DNA of 64,000 nt. Source: Octopus vulgaris. Taxonomy: Eukaryota. A program made the translations under genes and the position numbers. The stretch lies in NCBI GenBank assembly GCA_951406725.2, contig OX597821.1:88660001-88724000 (forward strand), in the 5' to 3' direction. The notes under the pieces were generated by a model that worked only from the letters and a program-made list of their open reading frames with translations, made no database searches and was not told the origin of the DNA. Of this stretch, positions 39,082 through 53,727 are shown piece after piece (positions within the stretch are counted from its first letter, which is position 1; every line of letters starts with the position of its first letter).

Positions 39082-40849
39082 ATTTATCTGTTTTCATTTC
39101 GAAAAGTGTGACCATTGTTAATTTTTTTAAGGAGTTGACGCTAAAATCAATGTACTAATTAGGTATCGATTTATGACTGACCGTAGTTCATACGATACAA
39201 TAGGCTTGTTGATTTTAACATACAGTTTATTTGTAAAGCAGAAGTAATAGACTTGAAGCAAATGACATTTTGAGCATTCTTATTTCATGAATGTGTTTTA
39301 TTTTGCGAGAATTATAAATATAAAAGCTGTAAGTTATTGAATAAAAGATCTTAATATTTTTGGTGAAATAGCTTATCGTATTTGCCATTTGGATGGAAAT
39401 GTTTCCAAATAAATGTAAATAAATGTTGTTAGAACTGAAAATTAAAGAGTAGATTATACCTCTTACAATGTTTCATAGATGTTGGCGCTATTCATGTTAT
39501 ATTTTAGTTTTGAAATGTAATCATATCTGCTGAGAACTTCGATGTAACAGTCGGATGTCTCATTAAAAAAGTGTTCATTTGGTGATAAAGTATATAATCT
39601 TATAGCTGTTTCAAACAGAGTACTTAATATTCCTATGGAGAATATTTGGTTACTTATGAATATATTGAAGCTTTTTGTTCAAAACGTTATGCAGTTTTGT
39701 ACAGAAGAAAAAATAAGTACTTTCAGGCTTAAAGTTACGTAGCAATACTAAATGTGATCTTTGTATAGAGCACAAGAAAAGAAAAGATTGTTTGTTAAGT
39801 TTATATACATTTTTGGTTTTATCACTTTTACTTAATACACTGTTTTCATAATTTTAACTTCTTAAAATTGTTCTTTCTAGACCAGGGTGATACTTCTTAG
39901 AACTTTGATATTTCTAATCACATAAAAAATACATCATTCCAAAAGTTGTAGTAAATAATTTGGAGTAGGATGTTTTCCTGTTTTACAGACATTTCTGTAT
40001 CCGCAAGCGAACATTTTCAAAGAAATATATATTCTACCGAAACCTTTCGGAAAACTTGAGATTTTCTCATGTAAACATTTAATGCAAATTTTAGTTGAAG
40101 GTAACAGGATGTGTTTAAAGCAAAAAATGGATTAGATTTTGCTGTCTTTTTAAGAGTTTTTGTTTAAAACAACTATGTCTTAAAATATACATATTTTTAG
40201 TAATAGAAACAATAATATTTTTTTAATAAAAATCAACTAACATTAAATGATAAAGAAGTGTATACATAAAATAGAATTAGAATTTATATGAGGATATTGA
40301 TTTCAAACTTTCACCTAAAAACAAGCTTTTCAAACTGTAATATACACAGGTAAAATACTTCCTAAAGAAAAGCCCCTTTATTCTATCTTCCCCCATAGCG
40401 TGCACATAAACTAACAGCGAATGCGACATAAAGTTAAATTGGTATGGAGCTTCCTGAAAGATACGTATAGCTTTCGCTAGTGGAAGCAAAATTCTTATTT
40501 AAAGGTTGATTCTTTGGGACGAATCATATGTGAGTGCTTAAAAACGCTAGAATGACTATGCTAAAACCGATTTGAAACAATGAACAGCAGTCGAAATATC
40601 ATAAAAGCTGGGTAAAGAAGCATCCTTAAAGTGAAACAACGGTATCAAAGGTAAAAAAAGAAAGGTATCAACAATCACAAGAGAGGGAAGGGAACATAAC
40701 CTTTCAAGTAACTCAGAATAGGTAAAGGTAAGCTTGCCAAAGTTTAATGCAGTTTCAATATGTAGATTAAGATAGTTTGGAATTGGATATTCATCACGTA
40801 TAGTTTTCCTAGTCAACTGAATCACCGTCGTGACAGCAGAAATAAATAG

Positions 40850-41238
40850 ACGAAATCCTTTCACTTTTATAAAAAGATTAAAAAGAATATTAGGGCAAAA
40901 GGCACCCGTTTTTAACAATGAAAAATTGTTTCCTAGTAACCGGAATTTCGCGACAAAATGTATGTTTATGAAGCACAACAGCCTGCCGTGCATGCCGCTG
41001 GGCATAAAAAGCCAATCGCACAAACCCAGAGGGGCTCTGGGCCCCTTGAATCCATAAAAAATCACTCTATTTCCTATAGCAACCACATCTTTATAGCTTG
41101 TGAATTGTAACCTTCGCGGGTCTCATCCTCACCACGCATTTTGTATCCCTGCCAATTTCCAGCTCGATCCTAGCCATTAACCGTCAAAGCAAAATGTGCA
41201 TACAATTTTCGTCCAAAGACTGTTTTATAGATATAGAT
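40850..41238 (-). mobile_element. Helitron-like 5' terminus (3' end not identified)
   Basis: The minus strand begins A|TCTATATCTATAAAA, similar to the start of the Helitron at 31795, followed by a more GC-rich segment. Confidence 0.4.
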
Positions 41239-41944
41239 GAGATAAAACGAAGGAGAGAAATATAATGAGATATCAAAAAGGATAAAATAAAATATATAGT
41301 ACATCTAACCTTAAACTTGTTTAGGATTTAATTGATTTAATGAGATATCAAGAAAGATAAATTATATTGGCAATATCATTACCCTTGACTGTGTATCATA
41401 TCGATTAAACAGTTATTATATCATGTTTACAATGTTATTCAACAAAATTTATATTATTTACATATTTTAATCGTAAAATTTAATATTGTTTTACAGCTTA
41501 TTCGGTTTCAATTTTCTTGTTTATGCATATTTATACATTTTGCATTTCTTTCTAGTTTATAAGAACTTACAAAATCTTATATTCTCGTCTACAAGTCGAT
41601 TAAGTAGTAGAAATCCAACAGTTTTCTTACTTTACAAAAAAGTAAATTGATATTTATAAAATACGCATGAATAAATGGAATTTTATTATTTCATTTATCA
41701 TTATTTTTTTTTTCATTGTATAGACCGGCAACTTATTTTCGTTATAGCTATATAAGCTTCCGCTTCTTCATACGGCATGAAATAAATTAACATATTTTCC
41801 ATGCTAATAATGATGTAAATTTCTATTACTGTTATATGTCTAACTGTTAATTATATTTAAATTAAATAATTTTTAAGAAGCTTAAAATTGAATCAACGAC
41901 TTCATTAATTAAAGATCACTTGCAGCAGTGAATACTTTATGTTT

Positions 41945-41998
<54 letters not shown>

Positions 41999-44259
41999 GT
42001 TAAATATATTTCTGATGTAAAGTATGAATAATATCGTACAGCCACTACAAGAAAATATCTGCTGCCACATTCATAGATTTCACTAATTATATCCGTTACA
42101 AAGAAGCATTCATTTTTTAGAATTTTCAGTTTCGGTATTTTCTTTTACCCACTGGGAAATGCTGTGCCCTTGTCCCGTTACAAGACTCAGAGACTATTAG
42201 GAAGGCTAGAGAAAGATATACCCAAACCGAAGATTTGGCCAAGAACAAATACGAAATGTCAGTTTACTACAAGGTTTATGCCTAATGAATAAGTCTGTGA
42301 CGAATTTTTATCATGCATGTATGACTATAGCGATTGCGCATTGAAAACTGTTTGAAATATCATAAATGGTACGAATATCAAATGCACAAAACACATAGCA
42401 GATTCGATGGAGTATTGGAGAAAATACTGTTTGGTATTCGAACCATGTCTGTGCTCTCTGAGTTCAAATTCAGCAAGTCCACTGTCTTGGAATATTTTGT
42501 TTTCATCGATCCAAAATGATGATAGGAACTGGTGTCATTGTTGTGGTTTTATCTTAGGCGCAGAAAGTTGGACACGAAAACGCTTTCTTTTCCTATAGTT
42601 TTAACAGTTGCAATGATCCATACTGACACACGTAACTCTTCATTGTTTTTGACTAACGTATTCTTATATATCTTTCCATTCTCTTACTATGTATTTCAAT
42701 ATAGCCACATATGTCTAGGGCTTCAACATCATACGTAGTTGGATTATCTTATTTGCCAGTGAGTGTGTGTGTGTGTGTGTTGCTTTTTTACTTTCTCGAC
42801 AGTTGCACATTTGGAAAGCTAGTTTTTGTGCAACTCCGAAGTCACTGTCACTTCGGTAATGTTAAATATTTAACTGAGCATTAGTTATTCACCCCTTTTT
42901 CAGTTAATGTCGTTTATGTATACGTAAAACATCTACATTAAGAAATAAGATCTCGCTTGAGATAGAGTTGTTTGAAAACGTCAACTAAGAATAAAAAGAG
43001 ACAATAAATACAATTTGAGAGGAAAAACATTCCGATCTCTTCAAATAAAGTTTACCTGAAATGTTTACAACAGAAAACTGAAAGTTTCATCTAAAAGATT
43101 AGACAGAATATTTATCTCAGTGAAAAAATGTCTGTGAAAAGTTTCCAAAATAAAAAGGAAAATAAAAATACATAAATAAAATGATTTAACACAAAACAAG
43201 AATATGTTTGAGATCTACTCTCTCAAAATTCATTATACGTTTTTGATGAAGATCCTTGCTTCGGATCAGCAATAACAAATCTAGAAGGCAAAATAACACT
43301 TACCCGAAATACTTAAGCAACAGAATTAGAATTTTAAAAAATAAGTGAATTCGAAGAAAAGAAACATTTAAATGATATTAATAAATTTACTACAGGTTCC
43401 TTGCAATTTTATCACTAACATCTACATAAAAATATATGATATTGATTATATAAATATTACAGCAAAAGGTGTATTTCAGATTAAACAGATATAATCCACA
43501 TTTTACAAGTCATATTACAACAAGTCATGTCAAACCAGCAAAATTAAATGTAACATTACATATGTTTTTATTAAATTCTATCGTCCCTGACAACAGTTAC
43601 AACTAACACTTAGCTATTTGGTTTCAAACAAGTTCTGTTCTAGGATTTTCTACTGATTTTTCGCGATGAAAATACTTGGCACTTCTTCCAATTGAATAGG
43701 AAATAATACTAGCATTTGATGATGCGTGAGCCATCATTGCAGCATCCCCCATGCAAGCAAAGTATTTTACTTTTAATCAAGAAAAAGTCAGTGATATAGG
43801 ATCTGTTCAGTTTTGCTCACATACTTTTTAATCATTGTTTTTTTTAAAACTAAATATTGTAAGATAATTTCACAATCATTATTAGATTTATAAGTAGAAA
43901 ATCATTTTCTTATAATCAGTTACGCTATCTTTACTTTCAAATCTTTTACTGCGATATCAAAGTATAAGAGTGAATTCTTCTGCTGATGCGGCTACATTGA
44001 AAATATATCAGAGAATATAAATACCGTGTCTGGGATGTTATGATTTTGAAAGAGGCATAATCGTCCCTTTAATTAGCATTTCTTAACATTAGTTGGGACG
44101 TATTTTCTCTAGATCAATAGAAAAGATCACTACCCCTCGATAAGGTTAACTATTCTTGCAGTTATACAATGATACAACTTAACTATAACGAAATGAAAGG
44201 CATCGATTTTATGTCATTTCAATTTTTAGTACAAAGCCAGTAAAATAGGTGTTGGAGAT

Positions 44260-44428
44260 AAGTTGATTACATCGATCCTAGTGCTCAACTGGTACTTGCT
44301 TGATAAACCCCGTAATGATGAAAGGTACAGTCGACCTTGGTGGAATTTTAAAATAGAACATTAAAACGGACGAAATTCTGCTAATCAATTTGCCCCTCGT
44401 GCTAACGATTTTGCCAGCTCGCTGTCTT
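44260..44428 (-). mobile_element. Degenerate SINE family B
   Basis: GATTACATCGATCC...CAACTGGTACTT...GATGAAAGG...GTCGACC...TGCTAACGATTTTGCCAGCTCGC. Confidence 0.8.
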
Positions 44429-46260
44429 GTATTGATTTTATATTTCACGTTAGAAAACTCTGTTTCCTCACAAAATGAAGTTAACCAAAATAGAGGTTTG
44501 TCTGCCCGTATATGTAGAGGGTCGAAATATTAAGCTGTGGGTTTATACACTTTACATGCCTTATAGAAGCAATCATTACATTTCCGCAGAAAAAAGTATA
44601 TTTTGTTATTACTATGGGTTTTCACCTATTAAACCACTGAAATCCCATAAGAATCTTCATATGTGTTAAAACAAAGCTAGTTTTCTCGATTAATATTCAG
44701 TTTAAAAGATTTCCCTTACACAGTATGTATACACATTATTTTCAAATAAATGTTTTTAGTGAGACACCTAGGTATTATAGCGAAACACCCAGCACAAAAG
44801 GGGCAACACTGAAAAAGTATTATAGAATTTGCATGTAGTTTCAACAAAAATTGGATCTGGAAAAGTATCATATGGTGGATTCTTTAGCATACAAGATTAA
44901 ACATTTCTTCAAACTTCTATTAAAAACCATTATAAAAAGTTTTATTCAGAATTGTGTACTAACTCTAACTAACTATAACATTTTCAAATTTAAAAAAAAA
45001 TCAGGGTACAAATTGTAATTGATTCAAGACCACTTGCAGGGAAATGTAATGTAAACGAACAATTGTGCGCTGGTCAACTCTTGCTCAACGACTTTATCAG
45101 TAAACGCAGGTTTATAAACCCAATGTGAAAAGCTGATGCATCGCTACAGAGGCACACCTGGCCTTTATCGTTAATCAACATTCCTTTTAGTATTAATTGG
45201 AAAATGTTATCTTTCATTAAAATCTACACAAACAATAAAATTCTGTGTAAGATTTGCACATTAGAATTATATGGAAATCCATTCTGCGATTTTAATCGAA
45301 TTAGTCACGTCTTTTCGCCAACGGAACTTCAGATTTCTAAACTATTTTATTATATTTGATATGTAATATTTTATATTTAACACACCCAGAATTCCTGTGG
45401 CTATATTTGTATGGCGTTAACAACTTCTACATTCTATGATATTATATTTTTGAATTTCCAACCAAATAAATAGTAAACTACTTCAGTATCAAGTTCATTC
45501 ATACCTTAATCAGTAGTGTATTTTCAATAACAGCCAGTACATTTTTCAATTCTTATAACTTGTCGACTTTTTATAATATTGCAGATAAACTTGACCCTAA
45601 CTTATTAGATTAGAACTTTGTTCTTTATACATATCCAATATAAATACAATTCTCAGACTATGTAATTCATATTTATTGACTTACATAACTCCCTACTTAC
45701 AATTTACAATAAAACCATATATTTCAATTTGTACTTTAGTACCTCTTTCTTATGTCTATCTAAATTATTAATTTTATCCAGAAATAGTTGACACCTCGCA
45801 TTTTATTTATCTAGCTGTAACCCATAAGATAATTCCAAAATATTCGATTGCATCACGTTTATATATTTCTTGTTATATTTAATCTAAAGTTTGTATCATA
45901 TAACTTCTTTACCCCGTTAGTTAGTCTCCCCTCTATATCCACTATGTTCAGATTTATTTCATCGTTTTCCCTATGTTATTAAATTCACATTAAACTTTAC
46001 CTTTTATTCCAACGTATTTTACCTCATATTCAATATAAATACCTTGTTTAATACAGTTCTGCCAGTGATTTCATAACGACAGTCTCAAAACATTAAACTG
46101 CTTTCAATAACTAATTACAATGTGCATACACATTATTTATTTAACATAAATTTGTATTAACAAGTCATATTTGAAGCGAGCTATACATCATTTTATTACA
46201 TTTATAAAGTATATCAATATGCTAATGCCGTTTCTGCATTTCATATTCATATACACACAG

Positions 46261-46345
46261 CCATGAATGCACACACACGTGTGCGAGAGCGTGCGCACAC
46301 AAACACACGGGTGCGAGAGCGTGCGCACACAGACACACGGACGCG
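46261..46345. repeat. 30-bp minisatellite, about 2.3 copies
   Basis: ACACACG(T/G)GTGCGAGAGCGTGCGCACACA(A/G) repeated. Confidence 0.8.
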
Positions 46346-46610
46346 CTAATTCAAACGTTGGTGCAAATACGTTAATGTTACGGTTGCATATGATTAATAA
46401 CAACATATACTCACGGAGGAACTCAAAAGTATATAGACAGATAGATTGCAGCAAATATGGCCAACGGTGAATAGAATGGAATGTTGTTGACATAATTAAC
46501 TGTAAGAAGTTTCTATGGATAATTATTCCAATAGCCCTGTATTGAGGGAGACTTGAACTGGAAGAAAAAAGGAAAAAATTAACCCTCATTGACATATATT
46601 AATATATGTA

Positions 46611-46669
<59 letters not shown>

Positions 46670-46689
46670 GCAATACAAATGTGCCTTGT

Positions 46690-46856
46690 ACTACTAGGGA
46701 GAGAATTCACAAAAAAAAAACAATAGACGAAGAAAGGTGGTGTAGACAACAAACACATGTATTAGTATAAATCTCGGCAAATGAAAAAGTCTTTAAAGTT
46801 GCGAGCCTACGTTTCTCCACAGAAAGGAACACAGAAAAAAACAAGGAGAGAAATGC
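46690..46856 (-). mobile_element. PLE-like terminal repeat, family P2 (decayed hammerhead-like motif at 46791-46826)
   Basis: Homologous to 55650-55812 (GGTGTAG..CAACAA...TGTATTAGT...GTCTTT...GAGCCTACG...ACAGAAAGGA). Lies between TA tracts. Confidence 0.55.
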
Positions 46857-46898
46857 CTTGTTGTACCACTAATATATACATACATACACACATACATA

Positions 46899-46967
<69 letters not shown>

Positions 46968-46976
46968 TTATATATA

Positions 46977-47138
46977 AGCGCAGGAGTGCCTGTGTGGTGA
47001 GTAGCTTGCTTCCCAACCAAAAGGTTCCGAGTTCAGTCCCACTGCGTGGCACCTTTGGCAAGTGTTGCTACCACAACCTCGGGCCAACAAAAGCCTGGAA
47101 AGTGAATTTGGTAGACGGAAACTGAAAGAAGCCCTTCG
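46977..47138 (+). mobile_element. SINE family A, 5' half
   Basis: Head through GAAACTGAAAGAAGCCC, ending at the internal TA tract. Confidence 0.9.
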
Positions 47139-47176
47139 TATATATATATATATATATATAAGTATATATATTTATA

Positions 47177-47797
<621 letters not shown>

Positions 47798-47831
47798 ATG
47801 TCTGTGTGCGTTAGGTAATGATAATCACGGG

Positions 47832-47998
47832 CGGTCTATGGGGTTATTCTAGGTTTCACGTACATAATGTGCTTAGCTTTACAACACTCCAGACGCTCAC
47901 GGCCAGTAGCCTATTAGATCTCTTCATTAGTTTCTGCAGAGAAACTGTAAAGCTAAGCGCTTTATGGACATGAAACTAAGAGTAACCCCCATAGACCG
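47832..47998. repeat. Imperfect 52-bp inverted repeat (MITE/foldback-like)
   Basis: 47832-47883 is the reverse complement of 47946-47998 with about 6 mismatches and 1 indel. Confidence 0.75.
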
Positions 47999-48102
47999 GT
48001 CATAACTCTCTTTATCTAATCACTCTCCTGCTCTGTAACTCAGGGCGTGCTTCTCTATAGGATTTAGGATTTACTTACCACACACACACGCACACACACA
48101 CG

Positions 48103-48143
<41 letters not shown>

Positions 48144-48647
48144 GCACACACACAGACGTACTATGTAAACTTACGCCATAGTTTGACTCTTGCTTTGTTT
48201 TAGTTCTTTCTTCTTACACTTATAACTGCACTTTCACTTTCATAAAAGTTATAACAAGGAGCTTTATATTCTCTTAAGATGTTGCGCAAATTTTTGTCTA
48301 CCTGTAATACATTCATACAAACATGCATACATATATACATACATACATAAATACTTACAATCGACACAGGCGCATACGCAGACAGATGCAGACACACACT
48401 CTTCTGTATATCTATCTATCTATCTCTAGGAGAAATGGAAAGACAAAAAAAGACGTCAACAAGAAACTATGACATTAAAACTAGCCAGGCAAAGTCTTCG
48501 CTACATTTGCGACACATGGCAGAAGGAGTGTTTGTCCAGGAAATGACTACACAGCCACGGCAGGAGATGTATTAGGATATGAAATGTAAAAACCGGACTA
48601 GATTATTTTATGCGCCACTCCATTGTCTCCCGAGACATAAAGGATGC

Positions 48648-48706
<59 letters not shown>

Positions 48707-48707
<1 letters not shown>

Positions 48708-49123
48708 GTTTAAATATTTGTTGTGCAAATAGAACTCTCTGTACGGATAACTATTGCACTGTATGTAGATTTAGCCCACAAACGAACTGTAAAGCCAGAA
48801 ATGTGGTCTATAGTATAAGATGTATAGAGGGACGATGCAGTAACAAGACAGTAACATACGTAGGGGAAACTGCAAGAAGCATTGGTGAGCGGGTGAATGA
48901 ACATTGGAGACAACTCAAGGAAGGTAAAAGCTCATCGATTCTGTACCAACACGCCGAACAAGAACACGGGGGATCAATCAATAACATAGAGATTAAGATA
49001 TTGTCCACACATAGAACAGATGCAACAATTAGACAAATTACAGAAGCTACACATATAATAGAAAATAAACCTAGCCTGAATAGAAAACTAGAATGGAGCA
49101 ATAGCGCACACCACAACATATGA
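48707..49123 (+). CDS. Penelope-like element GIY-YIG endonuclease domain (5'-truncated, open frame)
   Basis: C..C..C cluster followed by [13 protein letters not shown]...[16 protein letters not shown]...LYQH...[17 protein letters not shown], containing the GIY/YIG equivalents and conserved Arg, His, Glu and Asn. The ORF start in the track is a TA read-through. Confidence 0.85.
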
Positions 49124-49629
49124 CAATAGTGGATCCTGCAAACATAATAAATACACAGGTAATTAAAGAAATAGAAGTGAATATCTATGTGTATGTATAT
49201 GTGTATATATATGTATATGTATATGTGTATATATGTGTGTATATATGTATATATATATATGTATATGTATGTGTATGTATATATATATATATATGTATAT
49301 GTATATTCTTTTTTTTTCTCGATTAGATTTATTATTATTATTACTAATATTGTTGTTATACATACATACAAGCATATGTAATGATAATAATGGGTGGATG
49401 TAAACACATGAACAAAATTAGAACAAAAGCAACAACAACAAAAACAAAATACAAATTACAAGAATGTATATAACCAGAAGATACAAATATTACAGACATC
49501 CCCCCCACACACTAAATAAACATAGACGCACATAGAGATATAAGCATGCGCAAATGAAGACATACAATAGAAATACAAAATGGCTGACGGTTAGTAAGGA
49601 GAGACACAAGTAAGTGAGAAGAAAACAAA

Positions 49630-49674
49630 GGACCACTGATGCGGTCACAGGAGTGTGACGAAAGAACTTTGGCC
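49630..49674 (+). ncRNA. Type I hammerhead-like motif downstream of the GIY-YIG ORF
   Basis: GGACCA-CUGAUGCG-GUCAC-AGGAGU-GUGAC-GAA-AG-AA-CU-U-UGGCC: CUGAUG core, 5-bp stem II, GAAA and stem I CCA/UGG. Position 9 and the cleavage triplet deviate from consensus. Confidence 0.65.
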
Positions 49675-49792
49675 GAAATAAGATTAAGATTAATGTAAAA
49701 AATAAATATCACTGAAGCAAAATAACACCAAATATATAGTGCGTGTGTTTTTATTGGCTAAACTGGCAATATGACCATTCCGAAATATAACA

Positions 49793-49840
<48 letters not shown>

Positions 49841-49892
49841 GAAAAAACAAGTCAAGATAGAAAATGCTAAAATAATTTTATAAAGAACATTT

Positions 49893-49930
49893 CAGTACCG
49901 GTTTCGGTCATTTTGAGACCTTTTCAACTG
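49893..49930 (-). ncRNA. Hammerhead-like motif, variant core UUGAAAA (element about 49841-50050)
   Basis: Minus strand: CAG-UUGAAAA-GGUC-UCAAAAU-GACC-GAA-ACCGGU-A-CUG. All three stems are intact and stem III is palindromic. Confidence 0.6.
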
Positions 49931-50994
49931 TAACGATTAAATAATTAAATTTAGAAAAATTAAAAGAAAAGATTTTTTAAAGGAATATTTGTATAGTGTT
50001 CAAATATAAGTGGCATTTCCCTTGTTTCTGCCTTTCTCTGTCTCTCTTGTTTGTGTGTGTGTGTGTGTATATATATATATAAAACTACAGCATTAAAGTA
50101 GAGTAGCTGTTATTTCTAGAATTGCAAATGTTTCCTAACACGCTAGTCACATCTAGTGACATTTTTAATTCTCCTTTTTGGTGAAACATTGCAAACTGCT
50201 GATGTGGTTTTAAAAAGCCACATTAGATACTATGATTGTTCTAATGTGTAGGTACATAAGGAGTAGACAACCACCACACACACACACGCACACATATATA
50301 TATATTAATAATTATATGCATAATTATGACAAGCGATTGGCTATAAGCCCCTTCACGCGCTAGAAAAATAGTCGCCTAAAGACGCTATTAAAAACTCGAA
50401 AAAAATACAACACGAGCTGTAGTCGAGCAAAAGAAAGATAATGAATTTAACTTTTGGCTAATCATGTACAAGATGCTCTTTCAAGTTTAAGTGAATAAAT
50501 TTCACTTACTGCTCTCATCAGCAACGATATTCCATAGTATAACTTGACGAGTATCTACACATACGTGTACGAGCAGCGACTTCGTACAGCAATATATATA
50601 CACGCATATATACACGCTCATACAAATATATCGTAAAGTAGAATTCTCATCTCTTTTTTTCAACCACTGTAGTATATCAAAACATACTCTGCAGTGAATG
50701 CAGCTTTGATCTGCTTTAATCTTGGAACAGGATTTTGTGCACGGTTCACCAAAAGTTTAATTCATTAGTTTTCTTTTGTCCGATTACAGCCCGTATTTTA
50801 TTCTCGGTGTTTTTAAAGAAGTAACAGTGTCTTTAGACGTCTATTTTTCTAGCGCGTGGAGATGCTTATAGCCAATCCCTTGTTATAGTTATGTATGTAA
50901 TTATTAAAATATTTGTAAAATTTACCTAAAAGGTTTTCATTTCCGTGCTGACCCCTTAGTAAAATCATTAATGGTTTTTACCCTTTCTTATAAA

Positions 50995-51521
50995 ATATAT
51001 TTGTGCCGATTTATCGTAGCTTACATTTCTACTTATTTTAGAACATGGTTGAGTCCATAAAATAAGATTTGACTACACCTCCATTTAGAGCACAGTTTGA
51101 GATATCTTTTCGTGGAAGAAAGTTTATGTTCCTATAACCTGTGTTAATGCTGTAACCCTTTAAAATGGAAAACAAGAAAGTTCATTTTCGGCACTTGATG
51201 CTTTGGGAACCAGACAAAAATTGCTGCAGCTTGGCTGGGATGTGTTACCCCACCCTCCATATTCATCTTCGAATTTCCACTTATTCAGTCTTAATGCTAA
51301 AAATTTCAATTCCTTGGATGACGTAAAAAGATACATTGATGAATTCTTTGCCATGAAACCACCTCAATTCTGGGAAGAGAGTATTTTCAAGTTAAAGGAA
51401 AGGGAGAGATGCATTGTACAACAAAATGGTTCATATTTGGTTGATTAAAAATGTAATGGCAAGTATTTATTGACCTTTTTCTTTCCTTTAAAAATCGACA
51501 CGAACCTTCCGGGCAACCCAA
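50995..51521 (+). mobile_element. Internally deleted mariner element
   Basis: MENKKVHFRHLML is joined directly to GTRQKLLQLGWDVLPHPPYS...FHLF...FWEESIFKLKER...IVQQNGSY. Right TIR AAATCGACACGAACCTTCCGGGCAACCCAA|TA; partial left TIR GTGCCGATTT. Confidence 0.85.
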
Positions 51522-53679
51522 TATATACCTACACATGTGTCTTGCTCGCACTTGTCTGAGGAAATCTGCAAACGGTCTAGCTACTCACTATGTATCAGAA
51601 GTCACTATTTTCAACTTTAGGAGTGTCGCTTCCAGGCCCTAATTTTATGGCATTACAACAGCTCATGATAAGTAATCATAGTGGCAATTGCACTACACAC
51701 GGTTAAACGCTTTCTACTTTTCTTACATATATATTCTCATTAATATTAAGTACTTTGGGCTATTTTTCATAGTTCCTTTAGCAAGATGCGGGTAATCTTC
51801 AGTATGAGCGGTCGCGTAGAATTGAAGAGTATACATGTTACATGTGGCACAATCAACCTTATCTTCACAAAGATTTTACTCTACTCTCAGTATAGTCACA
51901 TTATTCACCAATGATCAGCAGTCATTGATAAAAGTCCTTTAAAATAATATCATTCATACACATACACACGCATGCAAAGGCAAAAAGATACATATTTCTT
52001 TATTACACACAAGTGGCTAAACATAGAGGGGACAAACAAGGACAGACATAGGCACAAAGATTCACTCACACGCACACCCATACACGTACAAGAGCACGCA
52101 CACGTGCACACGCGCACACACGCACACGTGCACACGCGCACACACGCACATATATTTGTTAGTATGCATGAACGTATATTTTGTCTGCGTTTAACTAGAT
52201 TTATTTAGTTGAAACTTACCCTTTTATGGAACACTACTTGCCATTTTTTGGTTCGTATGCTTCGTTTACTAAAAGTATTTATCTGTTTTCAATTCACTAC
52301 ATCTTTCTTATATTGTTTCCGTTGGCGGTGTGGTTAATAAAATCATTTCTGGAAAGTTACTCATTGTTTTATTTTCAATTAGTTTGCATCTATTCAAGTA
52401 CTAATTCATTGCAATGTTATTTATTCTCAATCATACACAGTTCTTGTTAAATTTAATAATACTGTTGTTTCACGAATTTATATATTGAATGTTGCTTTTC
52501 GTAGCAGCATCTAGTAATTCATTTTTTCTTATCTCTTAGAAACTATTGCATACAAGATTCTGTTTTCAATAACTTGTATCTATTTTCCTTTTTAAACTAT
52601 TCATACTAACTTCTGAATGTTAATCACATTAGCTGCTTTATCGTTTACCGGTGCTATCCATAGATTATGATTAACGTTAACCAGACATCTTCTCTATTTA
52701 GCGATACTGTTAGTATATTTTTTAACTGCCTTATTGAACATATCTTAATTTACTTATTTCTTTTAATCGAAATAAATTTAAACAAGTAGCCATACAATTT
52801 AATCTTATTTTACTCTGCATAAGTTATAAAACTCATGTTTTTTGTAACGTATTTAAATATGTTGTTGGTGATTGTAAAGCAATGTCTCAACATAATTCAA
52901 AGTAAATTACATTAGTGTCTTCTTCTCGATTAAATAGATAAATTTTGCCACTTATCTTTTACAGTTTCCTTGCTATTTTTAGTAACTTTTTCAAGGAAAA
53001 CAGGGGGAAAAAATTACTTATCTAAAATGCTTATTGCCTATAGCCTTAGTTTTTTTCTTTCATCCTAACCTTTACTAGCTTTTGATTCTTACACAATTTA
53101 AAATAAAATTACTTCAATTTTATTATCAAGTGTGATACAAATACCTATTATTTTTATACATTAAATTGTTAATTCAATTTAAGTTTTTTTTATAATCATG
53201 AATATTGAAAAGCAGATTTCTTCTTTTTATAGAAATTTAAATATCTTCTTTTATAAATACAATGAATTTGTTTTGTGTAAAATATAAGCGTTTTATAGAC
53301 GTTATACAAAAATATATAACATCAACACATGTAATCTTACTTCCCTAGTTTTCTCTAATAGTATTAGCTAAAGGTTTGTACTTTTGACACTTCTAAGTGT
53401 ATTTCATATTCATCTTAACCGTGATAATAATGACAAGTAAGTTAAGTTTTTCCCTTATAGATACTTACTGGTTTCCACGCTGGAAATGATAAACCGTAGA
53501 GCATAATTATCAACCAACGCATCCAGTAGAAGACAAGAAGACCACCTAATTGTTTAACATAAAATAATTAACTAATATGTGCTGCCTTGGTCCAACAGAC
53601 AAAGTTGATCAAAAAGACTCATTCTCGTCATTCTTCTGGCGTGTGTAAGGTGTGCTCTTTCGCAACAATCAAGTGTATG

Positions 53680-53710
<31 letters not shown>

Positions 53711-53727
53711 GTATCTATATATGTGTA

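Noticed and set aside
40556-41086. 176-aa minus-strand ORF
   Set aside because: No recognisable domain. It lies in a probable transposon-derived segment and has no splice or homology support.
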